43,926 nucleotides of DNA from a virus. Lineage: Duplodnaviria > Caudoviricetes. The stretch spans positions 1-43,926 of IMG/VR virus record IMGVR_UViG_3300036975_000075. One strand, 5' to 3'. Made by a program: the position numbers and the translations under genes. Below are positions 36,298 through 43,799 of the stretch, one piece after another; the stretch's first letter is position 1; each line of letters starts with the position of its first letter. A model generated the notes under the pieces. That model had not been told where the DNA came from, did not search any database, and worked only from the letters and a program-made list of their open reading frames with translations.

Positions 36298-37018
36298 TTG
36301 TCTCGGTTATCCTGGACTTTACCTGTTTTTTGTATTTATAATTTAATGCATCGTTTATTATCCGATTAACGTCACTCTCGGATGATAAGAATGCACCAAG
36401 TGCAATGGTTAAGCTGCTAAAAGGGACACCTTTTAACGAAACAGGCTTTGACCCGCCGAATCTTGTATGCAATATATCATGGCCGATATAGAATTTATTT
36501 TGGTATTTCACCCATGATAGCGATACCTTAATGCCGTAGCTTTTCGGCAGCTTGACTTCTATCACATTCGGCTTCTCGAATACTCCGTGCTCGTTCGGCT
36601 CAGGGTCGATTTCAAATTCCTTTTGCCCGCCCGACTTGGTATCCGTACTTTTATCAACATTGTACGGAAGTTTGCCCTGCTTATCCTCGATAGTTATCAT
36701 CACAGGCTCTTTCGTATCCGCCAGGCTTTTCATGGCAACTGCCCTGCTGTCGGGTGACTTGAAACCGGAAATCTTTAGTTTCTGACCTCCATTCATACAG
36801 TTCATACTAATAATATGGACCTGTGAATCGACAGGCTCGATTTGTAGTTTCTTTTTGACGACCTTTATCGTTAAGGTCACCATGTTCTCGCCGTCCCTTA
36901 AAATCCTGTCAAGATTGCCTACCTGGTCCGGCGAAAAGTCCAGCTTCGGAAATACCAGCTTTTCCTTTCCTTCGGAGACCGACCATTCTTCAATATATGT
37001 TTTAACCGCTGCTTTCAT
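36272..37018 (-). CDS. Hypothetical protein
   Basis: 248 aa, GAAAGGT RBS. Confidence 0.75.
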   Translation of the reverse strand: MKAAVKTYIEEWSVSEGKEKLVFPKLDFSPDQVGNLDRILRDGENMVTLTIKVVKKKLQIEPVDSQVHIISMNCMNGGQKLKISGFKSPDSRAVAMKSLADTKEPVMITIEDKQGKLPYNVDKSTDTKSGGQKEFEIDPEPNEHGVFEKPNVIEVKLPKSYGIKVSLSWVKYQNKFYIGHDILHTRFGGSKPVSLKGVPFSSLTIALGAFLSSESDVNRIINDALNYKYKKQVKSRITETIEKYCNGE

Positions 37019-37035
37019 AATCTACCTTTCTTTCA

Positions 37036-37290
37036 TTAAATTCTTAAATTCGATTGCTCATTTTTCATGCCCTCATTATCGGCTTTCAATTTATCAAATT
37101 GCTTTTTATTCATAAAAAATAAGCCAATGTAATAATCGTCCAAATTTATTATGGTGTTATTATCAACGGCAAGTGTTATTTCTCCGAATCCGTTCTTACC
37201 AGTTTGCGCCCTCTTGAAATTACCAGCAGGTGCTAATTTTATGTCCATATTCCCATCGGACATTTTTTTTATTATTTCAAAATCACTCAT
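37036..37290 (-). CDS. Hypothetical protein
   Basis: 84 aa, ATGA overlap with upstream gene. Confidence 0.7.
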   Translation of the reverse strand: MSDFEIIKKMSDGNMDIKLAPAGNFKRAQTGKNGFGEITLAVDNNTIINLDDYYIGLFFMNKKQFDKLKADNEGMKNEQSNLRI

Positions 37291-37952
37291 TTTATCCTCT
37301 TAAATTCATATACCCATATCCACGGGTTTAATTCCCACGGAAAACCACGTTTGGCGTTGATAGATTCCCAAAGTTGCTTAAAACTTGCTTTATAACTTGG
37401 ATAATGGAAAGTTTCTTTATACTTTATATCCCATCCTATCAGAGATGCACCTTCTTTTTTTGCATCTTCTTCGCTTATATCCTGCAATCTCTCTACTCTT
37501 ATCCCGGTGAATTCAAGCCAGATACGAGCAGCCCATTTAGGCATGAATATATTTGGGCGTATATCAGATGAATGTTTTCGCCAGGTTTCTTTCCACCATT
37601 CTTCATAGTCAGCAGGGCATACGAATTCATCGCCATCCGCTAAATATTCAAGTAAAGCCTCACCATAAATATATTTTCCATCGTGATACGGATAACAGAC
37701 CAAACGATAATTTTCCCGCACATACAACCTGTCGCCGATTTGGTATTTAGAATTTTTATATCCATGAAAATCAGAGTCCTTTGAGTTATAAAAACACCAA
37801 GAAATTATATTGACTTCGTTATTTTTTATAGGTTTAACAAAATCCCATATTTCCGGCGGCTGTGGAATGATAACTCTGCGAGTTTGTGTCTTTCGACCTT
37901 CGAGAATCGCCTTGACCATTTCAGAACTGAATAGAATCGGTAGTTCTCTCAT
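37287..37952 (-). CDS. ASCH/PUA-like phage protein
   Basis: PILFSSEMVKAILEGRKTQTRR, GDRLYVRE, RVERLQDISEEDA, NPWIWVYEF. Confidence 0.85.
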   Translation of the reverse strand: MRELPILFSSEMVKAILEGRKTQTRRVIIPQPPEIWDFVKPIKNNEVNIISWCFYNSKDSDFHGYKNSKYQIGDRLYVRENYRLVCYPYHDGKYIYGEALLEYLADGDEFVCPADYEEWWKETWRKHSSDIRPNIFMPKWAARIWLEFTGIRVERLQDISEEDAKKEGASLIGWDIKYKETFHYPSYKASFKQLWESINAKRGFPWELNPWIWVYEFKRIK

Positions 37953-38095
37953 TGTTCGATTGCTTTCCTGAATTTGTCTACAAACTTTTTGATTCTTTCA
38001 TCCGCCCGCCTTCTGTCTTTAACAATCGGGCAATTAGGATGATTGTGCTCTCCGTACGATGAACAGCCGCAAGGCTTTGTTACAACTATAAACAT
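37949..38095 (-). CDS. Hypothetical 48-aa protein
   Basis: MFIVVTKPCGCSSYGEHNHPNCP...; AAGGA RBS; ATGA coupling to the next gene. Confidence 0.55.
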   Translation of the reverse strand: MFIVVTKPCGCSSYGEHNHPNCPIVKDRRRADERIKKFVDKFRKAIEQ

Positions 38096-38110
38096 TATTT
38101 TCCTTCCTGT

Positions 38111-38392
38111 TCATTTTCTAAGTAATCTCAAATGCTCGGTATTGCTTAGGATAATGCCATCATAAGGCAAAACGTATCGAATCCGCCCGTTCGGATCGGA
38201 TACTTTATCGCCCTGGTAAATAAAGAATACCCTGTCAGACTCGGGGACGTAGCTTATATTGCTCCCTGTCGATTCTCCGCAGCCTGTCACAAAGCTTGTT
38301 ATAAAGAGCAGCATCGTTAGAAGCACGGGCAATCGGCAATTTGCGGTCGATAATTTCATTTTTTTCATCTTCGAATTTTTGCCATTGCTCAT
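38111..38392 (-). CDS. Lipoprotein, o-spanin-like
   Basis: Hydrophobic stretch ending in lipobox VTGC; overlaps the upstream gene in another frame. Confidence 0.65.
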   Translation of the reverse strand: MSNGKNSKMKKMKLSTANCRLPVLLTMLLFITSFVTGCGESTGSNISYVPESDRVFFIYQGDKVSDPNGRIRYVLPYDGIILSNTEHLRLLRK

Positions 38393-38498
38393 CGTCTTTT
38401 TCCTTTTGAATCTCGGTTGGCGATTTTTCCGGCCCGGTTAATTTCTTTTTTAGCCAGGACCAAAGAGCATCAATTATGATTTTTATTATGGCTTTCAT
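38235..38498 (-). CDS. i-spanin-like protein
   Basis: Hydrophobic N terminus, charged helical body, overlaps the lipoprotein gene. Confidence 0.55.
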   Translation of the reverse strand: MKAIIKIIIDALWSWLKKKLTGPEKSPTEIQKEKDDEQWQKFEDEKNEIIDRKLPIARASNDAALYNKLCDRLRRIDREQYKLRPRV

Positions 38499-38680
38499 TG
38501 GTTTTGTTTCTTATAGTCTTCTTTCCAATTTTTAATACATTTTTCACAGAACAAACCAAGCCCTTCTCCTTTTTTATTTACTACGCCAGATATTTGCTCG
38601 CCGCGTACGAATTCATGGTCACATCCTGAGCATTTCCCCTCTTTACCCAGTGAACTCATTTTTATAGCTATAAAAGCCAT
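38495..38680 (-). CDS. Small zinc-binding protein
   Basis: CSGC and CEKC motifs; GAGGA RBS. Confidence 0.65.
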   Translation of the reverse strand: MAFIAIKMSSLGKEGKCSGCDHEFVRGEQISGVVNKKGEGLGLFCEKCIKNWKEDYKKQNQ

Positions 38681-38780
38681 TTCATCCTCAAAACAAGGGC
38701 GGCCTTAAAATGTACTAAGCAGGTTAAAGAATTCTTGGTTAATAATTTATTCTTTTTCGCGACCGCCCTTAACGACTTCA

Positions 38781-38892
38781 AAGACCTGCTTAATATCCTT
38801 TAGCTAATTCCGGTTGACTGATTCCGTTAGCATCAGATAGGTTATATCAGTTCGATAACCTCGTGCAGCTCACTCACGCCGCCACAGGTCTT
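38781..38892 (-). ncRNA. Candidate structured RNA, copy 2
   Basis: AAGACCTGTGGCGGCGTG...GCAGGTCTT ends shared with 224-392; internal hairpins. Confidence 0.55.
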
Positions 38893-38898
38893 AACTTG

Positions 38899-39459
38899 TC
38901 AAAATTTCAAGAAAAGATTCATGGTAAATTTTCGGGTGTCTTTGGCGTTATTGTCGCCGGAGAAAAAGTCATACTCATAGCGAAGGCCAAGAATATCGTT
39001 GATCCGCAAAGACCCGAAAGGTATAACCGCAGCTCCCTTGCCTTCGAGGTCAAATAACGCCGCTCCGCCGATTTGCGGCTGAGCCAATAAAGTTTCCGGC
39101 AGCCATTCGAAAGAAATAATCTCCTTTAAATTGAATTTAATTTCATCGCCGATGTCGGTTCCCACATAAAGGCCCAGGGCATATTCAGATTCCTCTTCGG
39201 TTGCGTTCGGATCGGACCTGTCCTCTTTAAATAATCGCCATCGAAAGGCCCCGCCGATCTCAATGCCGTCTTTGGCATAACCGCACCACACATCAATCTC
39301 ATCGTTTTGGCTGTCTATATCCGGCCCGCCGCCTACCGTTAAAATAATCGCTTTGCCTTTTGCCCCAGTTACCTGATTCGGGTCGTTCGTCTCCTGTGCA
39401 AAGCCCATGCCGGCACAAACCAGCATAATTAAAATTACAATCCATTGTCTCTTAAACAT
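38899..39459 (-). CDS. Outer-membrane beta-barrel-like protein
   Basis: Signal peptide MFKRQWIVILIMLVCAGMGFA with AAGGAG RBS, alternating beta strands, terminal Phe. Confidence 0.72.
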   Translation of the reverse strand: MFKRQWIVILIMLVCAGMGFAQETNDPNQVTGAKGKAIILTVGGGPDIDSQNDEIDVWCGYAKDGIEIGGAFRWRLFKEDRSDPNATEEESEYALGLYVGTDIGDEIKFNLKEIISFEWLPETLLAQPQIGGAALFDLEGKGAAVIPFGSLRINDILGLRYEYDFFSGDNNAKDTRKFTMNLFLKF

Positions 39460-39529
39460 TTTGTTCTCCTTTAATAAATTTTTATAGTTGTTCATAGCTG
39501 TTAGCTGACAGCTGATAGCAGACGGCTTT

Positions 39530-39736
39530 TTATGTTATTTTGTTTTTAGCTGTTATCCTGCCGATCAGGGCTACGATACCGGCAATTACAGTGACTATCT
39601 GCATTAAAAGCTCTGTTATGGATTCCTGCTCACCTTCGAGCTTGCCAAAGCCGAACAATGCCAAAACACCTATAACCATCGTAACGACTGCCCCCCAAAC
39701 TGTTTTTGAAAGATACCAGGGTTTTGTCTCTTCCAT
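39530..39736 (-). CDS. Putative holin (two transmembrane helices)
   Basis: KPWYLSKTVWG N terminus, two TM segments, GRITAK C terminus. Confidence 0.75.
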   Translation of the reverse strand: MEETKPWYLSKTVWGAVVTMVIGVLALFGFGKLEGEQESITELLMQIVTVIAGIVALIGRITAKNKIT

Positions 39737-39748
39737 GATTTAATCTCC

Positions 39749-39934
39749 TTATAAAATTTGTAATTGCTTATTCTTACGGCGTGTCAATCGCCTGTAATAT
39801 GTCTGTGCAATACTCAAATGCGCATCGGCGGCAAAAGGGCAATCCTCGCCGGCCTTTTTAAGTTCCCGTTCGGGAACCTGCTCAACGTCACCACCGTACT
39901 TAACCAATAAATTGTAAAATCTTTGCCAGCTCAT
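39749..39934 (-). CDS. Hypothetical protein
   Basis: 61 aa. Confidence 0.6.
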   Translation of the reverse strand: MSWQRFYNLLVKYGGDVEQVPERELKKAGEDCPFAADAHLSIAQTYYRRLTRRKNKQLQIL

Positions 39935-39973
39935 AATTCAGACATCAGACTTCAGATGTCAGACATCAAAGAT

Positions 39974-40327
39974 TTATTCCTTCTGTTTTCTCATCAGCTC
40001 CGCCTGGTACCTGCTGCCGGCAAACGGGCAAAGCTTGTAAATGTTATTACCGCCTTTCTGCGGGATGCAGTCTATTGTCATACCAGAATTCCGCAGCCAG
40101 TCGCGTAGCTCCTTTATCCTCGTGTTGTACTGGGCGGCGTAAGATCGAAGCTGATTTGTTGTAAGAGGTCCTTTTTTAAGGGCTGCGTAAATATTCTTCG
40201 ACTGCTGACGCTTGAGCGATATCTGCCTTTTCTGTTCTTCGGGCGATGCCGACCGGCCTACCGTTCTATTTACATACAGCTTCTCTAAAGATAGCTGCTT
40301 ATTCGATTGTCCGGTTTTAATCGCCAT
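39974..40327 (-). CDS. Winged-HTH-like protein
   Basis: IYAALKKGPLTTNQL..YNTRIKELR..GMTI. Confidence 0.65.
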   Translation of the reverse strand: MAIKTGQSNKQLSLEKLYVNRTVGRSASPEEQKRQISLKRQQSKNIYAALKKGPLTTNQLRSYAAQYNTRIKELRDWLRNSGMTIDCIPQKGGNNIYKLCPFAGSRYQAELMRKQKE

Positions 40328-40350
40328 TTACTTTTATGCCCCTATACCTT

Positions 40351-40785
40351 TTAGCTCCTGCAGCCGATAAATACCGGTGGATGGTTGACGATGACATCTA
40401 TAACAATAGTTACATTACTAACTGCATCGTGCTGGTCCCTTGCCTCGACATCGATATAATGCAGGCCGACCTCGGACTCGTTCGGCTCGTAACTCCAGTT
40501 GTATTTATATTCGATATAGTCGGTGTAAACGATTTGAGTCCGGGTCCCTATAATGATTAAAGGTGCCGTCAATGTTATATCGTCCTTATCAGGCTCAGCC
40601 AGGCATATCCTGTCGGCCAAGATATCGCCGACGTAAACCCGGTATGCTGCATAACAGTTCGGTGCCAGATTCGGGTCAAAATTAACGCCATCAGGCTCGA
40701 TTACCGGGGCCGGCTCGTAGCTTGCCAGGCCCAGAGTTATAAAAAACAATGTCAATAATACAGTAATCACAATTTTCTTTTTCAT
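40351..40785 (-). CDS. Secreted Ig/cadherin-like domain protein
   Basis: Signal peptide; EPDKDDIT..WSYEP..GLHYIDVEARD..NHPPVF. Confidence 0.7.
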   Translation of the reverse strand: MKKKIVITVLLTLFFITLGLASYEPAPVIEPDGVNFDPNLAPNCYAAYRVYVGDILADRICLAEPDKDDITLTAPLIIIGTRTQIVYTDYIEYKYNWSYEPNESEVGLHYIDVEARDQHDAVSNVTIVIDVIVNHPPVFIGCRS

Positions 40786-41045
40786 TTCTCTAACTCCTTT
40801 ATTTTGTTTTCCAGATACTCAATCGATTCCCATTTCGGACTAAGAGGCTCAAGCCCTTTAGTCACCCGGTAATAATGATATTTCATATTTGATAAAAAAC
40901 ATTTCGGTGGATATAGCTTCTCGTAATTATCAAATATAAATCGCATTGTCAGATCATGACTGGTCGAGTCGCACTCGATAAAGACAGGCGGTAAATTCGA
41001 TGCCGAAAAAACTACAAGAGCAAAAGTTATAAGTGCATAAGTCAT
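40782..41045 (-). CDS. Hypothetical protein with hydrophobic N terminus
   Basis: 87 aa, GGAG RBS. Confidence 0.65.
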   Translation of the reverse strand: MTYALITFALVVFSASNLPPVFIECDSTSHDLTMRFIFDNYEKLYPPKCFLSNMKYHYYRVTKGLEPLSPKWESIEYLENKIKELEK

Positions 41046-41347
41046 TTATCCCGCTCCAAAGCCGCGGGGGCTTTTCTGTTTTTTAATTTATGTTCTGAAT
41101 TTAATTGCTTGAGAAAATCCGCTATGTCAAGATGACATGATGAATTAAAAATCGTATTGGGTTCACCAAAAGAACAGTATTGTCTCCAGCGTGAATACCA
41201 TTTAATTGTCGCTAATAAATAATAACTGCGATTATTTCGACACAACCATACCTGAGTTTTTTTGTTTTGAGGAGTAACATCTTCAAAATGAATATATTTA
41301 TATTTTGTTTTCATTAGTCCGTTTTTTCCCTTCCACAGAACATACAA
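41042..41347 (-). CDS. Hypothetical phage protein
   Basis: KTQVW..LATIKWYSRWRQY pattern; likely start MKTKYK. Confidence 0.7.
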   Translation of the reverse strand: MYVLWKGKNGLMKTKYKYIHFEDVTPQNKKTQVWLCRNNRSYYLLATIKWYSRWRQYCSFGEPNTIFNSSCHLDIADFLKQLNSEHKLKNRKAPAALERDK

Positions 41348-41817
41348 AACAAATTACCGCTATCATTATCACGAGCATAAACTTCATCTTTTCTTTTTAT
41401 TAGTTCTGAGATTTTAGCCTTAAGTTCTTTAATCCGCTCGGCCTGCTGAATATGTAACTGACAACAATCAGGCACATTATTTTTCAAGTTTTTATTCTCA
41501 GCTGTCAGCCGGTCGATAATGCCACAGGCTTTTGCCAGTAAATACTTACATTTAGAAATATCGAGAGTTGTAAAACCTCCACGTGCTTTAACAAATTCAA
41601 GGCTAAGATATTGTGCTAACTGATTAAATTCTTTTGTAAACTCCCCCGGCTCTGGCTGCTCATTTCGACCTTGCTCACTGCTGGCAAGCTCGGCAAGGGC
41701 TTGGTCTTTTATTTTTTCAATATCATCCCCTGCACCAAAAAAATCATCATCGGTTTTTAAGAAGGCTATAATCTTATCAAGACCATCTAATATTTCTTTT
41801 GTTTTTTTAATATCCAT
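41314..41817 (-). CDS. Hypothetical coiled-coil protein
   Basis: 167 aa. Confidence 0.7.
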   Translation of the reverse strand: MDIKKTKEILDGLDKIIAFLKTDDDFFGAGDDIEKIKDQALAELASSEQGRNEQPEPGEFTKEFNQLAQYLSLEFVKARGGFTTLDISKCKYLLAKACGIIDRLTAENKNLKNNVPDCCQLHIQQAERIKELKAKISELIKRKDEVYARDNDSGNLFCMFCGREKTD

Positions 41818-42605
41818 TTTACATACTCCTGAATTCTTAAATCTTCCGGAAATTTGTTAATGTCATGCTTGACGCGACCGTTAATATCCAGTTGCTTAAC
41901 AAAGACAGCCACTCCCGCCGACTGGCATTGTGCCACTATATTCCGCACCCATTCCAGTTTGCACGGCCTGCGTTTCGGCCCGGATTCGCAACCAACAATA
42001 ACCCAGTCAATATATTTAGGTTCTCTTTCGCCATAACAATCAGTCTTAATCCCATAATCTAATTTTAAATCTATATCTTCAAGTAAAGGCTCAAGTGACA
42101 GGAATCTCACCGCTGCCGGAATCTGCAACAGTATCGGGATTCTTTCGTCCGCTGTTTTCTGATTCTCGCAGGTGACACCGAGATATAGATTTGGTAAAGG
42201 CCATGGTATTTCATCAAAACCACATATAGCTGAAAATATTTTATTGGGGTTTGGTGGCAATGGATTACTAAACGCTTTTGCCAATCTTTCGATTCTCTTA
42301 GTTAATACTATAAAGATATGTTGTGGACACATGCGGATTATATCAAATATTTTGAATATATAATCATTCGGTACATCATTATGCCATAAGTCGCCCATAA
42401 ATTGAACGCCTATCCGGGCTGGTTTTCTCAGTTTTAATGGTGCTTCAAGTTCCTTTTCTTTGAGTTCAGGCTTATCTGGCTTATTCTTAAACCGCTTATT
42501 CAGGGCGATAGACCAGCAATTTACACAACCTTCTGAAACAGGAGTACATTTCATTGCTATAGGTGACCAAGTATGAGTAAGATAGCTTATCTTTGTTCTT
42601 TGCAT
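41787..42605 (-). CDS. DUF5131 / phage Gp37Gp68 family protein
   Basis: TKISY..TWSP..CTPVSEGCVNC, MGDLWH, LTKR, RFLSLEPLL, WVIVGCESGP, FVKQL. Confidence 0.92.
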   Translation of the reverse strand: MQRTKISYLTHTWSPIAMKCTPVSEGCVNCWSIALNKRFKNKPDKPELKEKELEAPLKLRKPARIGVQFMGDLWHNDVPNDYIFKIFDIIRMCPQHIFIVLTKRIERLAKAFSNPLPPNPNKIFSAICGFDEIPWPLPNLYLGVTCENQKTADERIPILLQIPAAVRFLSLEPLLEDIDLKLDYGIKTDCYGEREPKYIDWVIVGCESGPKRRPCKLEWVRNIVAQCQSAGVAVFVKQLDINGRVKHDINKFPEDLRIQEYVKWILKKQKKY

Positions 42606-42725
42606 CTGAGCCTCTCTATTTCAATTTTCTGCCGCTCATTTTCCTTTTGCCCCTGTGCTCTTATGACTTATTTATTATTCCTGCCGGCCGGAGCCGGCAC
42701 ATTCATCAACACTACTATTGGGGGG

Positions 42726-43094
42726 TTATTTTGGCGTCATATAATTCCTTTCATTAAATCTGCTCTCTGCCATCTGACTTCTGACTTCTGACCTCTGTTC
42801 TCTGAACGTCGCCGCGGCCGACTGGCTGCAGAATACCCGCTCGTATTTGGCTATAGTCTCCGGCCCGATTCGGCCATCGACCTTAATGGGATTTTTCGGC
42901 TCGATGCGATTAAGCCGTCTTTGCAGCTCAGCCGGGCCCGGTATCTGGTTGAGGCAGCTTTGAATCTCCATATCGAGCATATCGAGTTTCTGCTCAAGCT
43001 GGGCCGACCATTTATACTGCTCGACAATGCATTGGTCATATGCAACTAAAATTAAAACAACACCTATATAAAAAAAAGTCTTTGCAATTTTCAT
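42726..43094 (-). CDS. Membrane-anchored peptidoglycan-binding-domain protein
   Basis: N-terminal TM; ELQRRLN..IKVDGRIGPET. Confidence 0.7.
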   Translation of the reverse strand: MKIAKTFFYIGVVLILVAYDQCIVEQYKWSAQLEQKLDMLDMEIQSCLNQIPGPAELQRRLNRIEPKNPIKVDGRIGPETIAKYERVFCSQSAAATFREQRSEVRSQMAESRFNERNYMTPK

Positions 43095-43143
43095 GGCTCA
43101 AATTCCTTAACTTAAAACTCAAAATTTAACACTCAAAACTATT

Positions 43144-43380
43144 TTATACTCCTATTCCCAATGCCGATTCCTGATCGTTAAGATTATCTTTGACCTGATT
43201 CATCTCGGAATCCACCATCTTCAAATGCCTTCGATAGCTGCGAAGGATTTGCACGAGATTATCCAGGTTCTCTCTTTCTGTTTTCACTATCTTAATAAGG
43301 TCCCGCACATGCCTTCGGCATTCGGCCCGATCTTCTCTTAGCTGCCAGAGTCGCGTTTTATTGTCTGTTATTGTTCTCAA
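43144..43380 (-). CDS. Coiled-coil hypothetical protein
   Basis: 78 aa, TTG start with GGAG RBS. Confidence 0.65.
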   Translation of the reverse strand: MRTITDNKTRLWQLREDRAECRRHVRDLIKIVKTERENLDNLVQILRSYRRHLKMVDSEMNQVKDNLNDQESALGIGV

Positions 43381-43405
43381 TCTTCCGCTCCAAAGCCGCG
43401 GGGGC

Positions 43406-43615
43406 TTATGGCAAATATTTAATCTCTTGCCCGTTCTGTTTATGAAAAAAATCCCAAATTAAATGACCGAAATTAAAGGCCTCGTTTGCCAAAGCTATCT
43501 TGGGAATAGTCCTGAAATGGCAGGCCTGGGTAATCATATAAAGTGTCATTAAATCCGATTCGGTCAGTCCTTCTATTGTCACCGTCTCGTCGGATTGCTG
43601 TTTTATACTAATCAT
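43406..43615 (-). CDS. Hypothetical protein
   Basis: Likely start MISIKQQ. Confidence 0.6.
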   Translation of the reverse strand: MISIKQQSDETVTIEGLTESDLMTLYMITQACHFRTIPKIALANEAFNFGHLIWDFFHKQNGQEIKYLP

Positions 43616-43799
43616 AATCTCTCTCTCAAAAAAGCGGCGGTGCATCCGTGCAACCCCGTACGGCGGGGCGTAACAAAGAAGAAAGCTACTATTGTTTAAG
43701 GTCCCTATCCATGACCGACTTTCCGCCGCCTGCCTTAAGGCAGATAAGCTACCCGCTCAAACGCCGCGGGGGCTTACTCTTCATCAATATCAAAAACTT

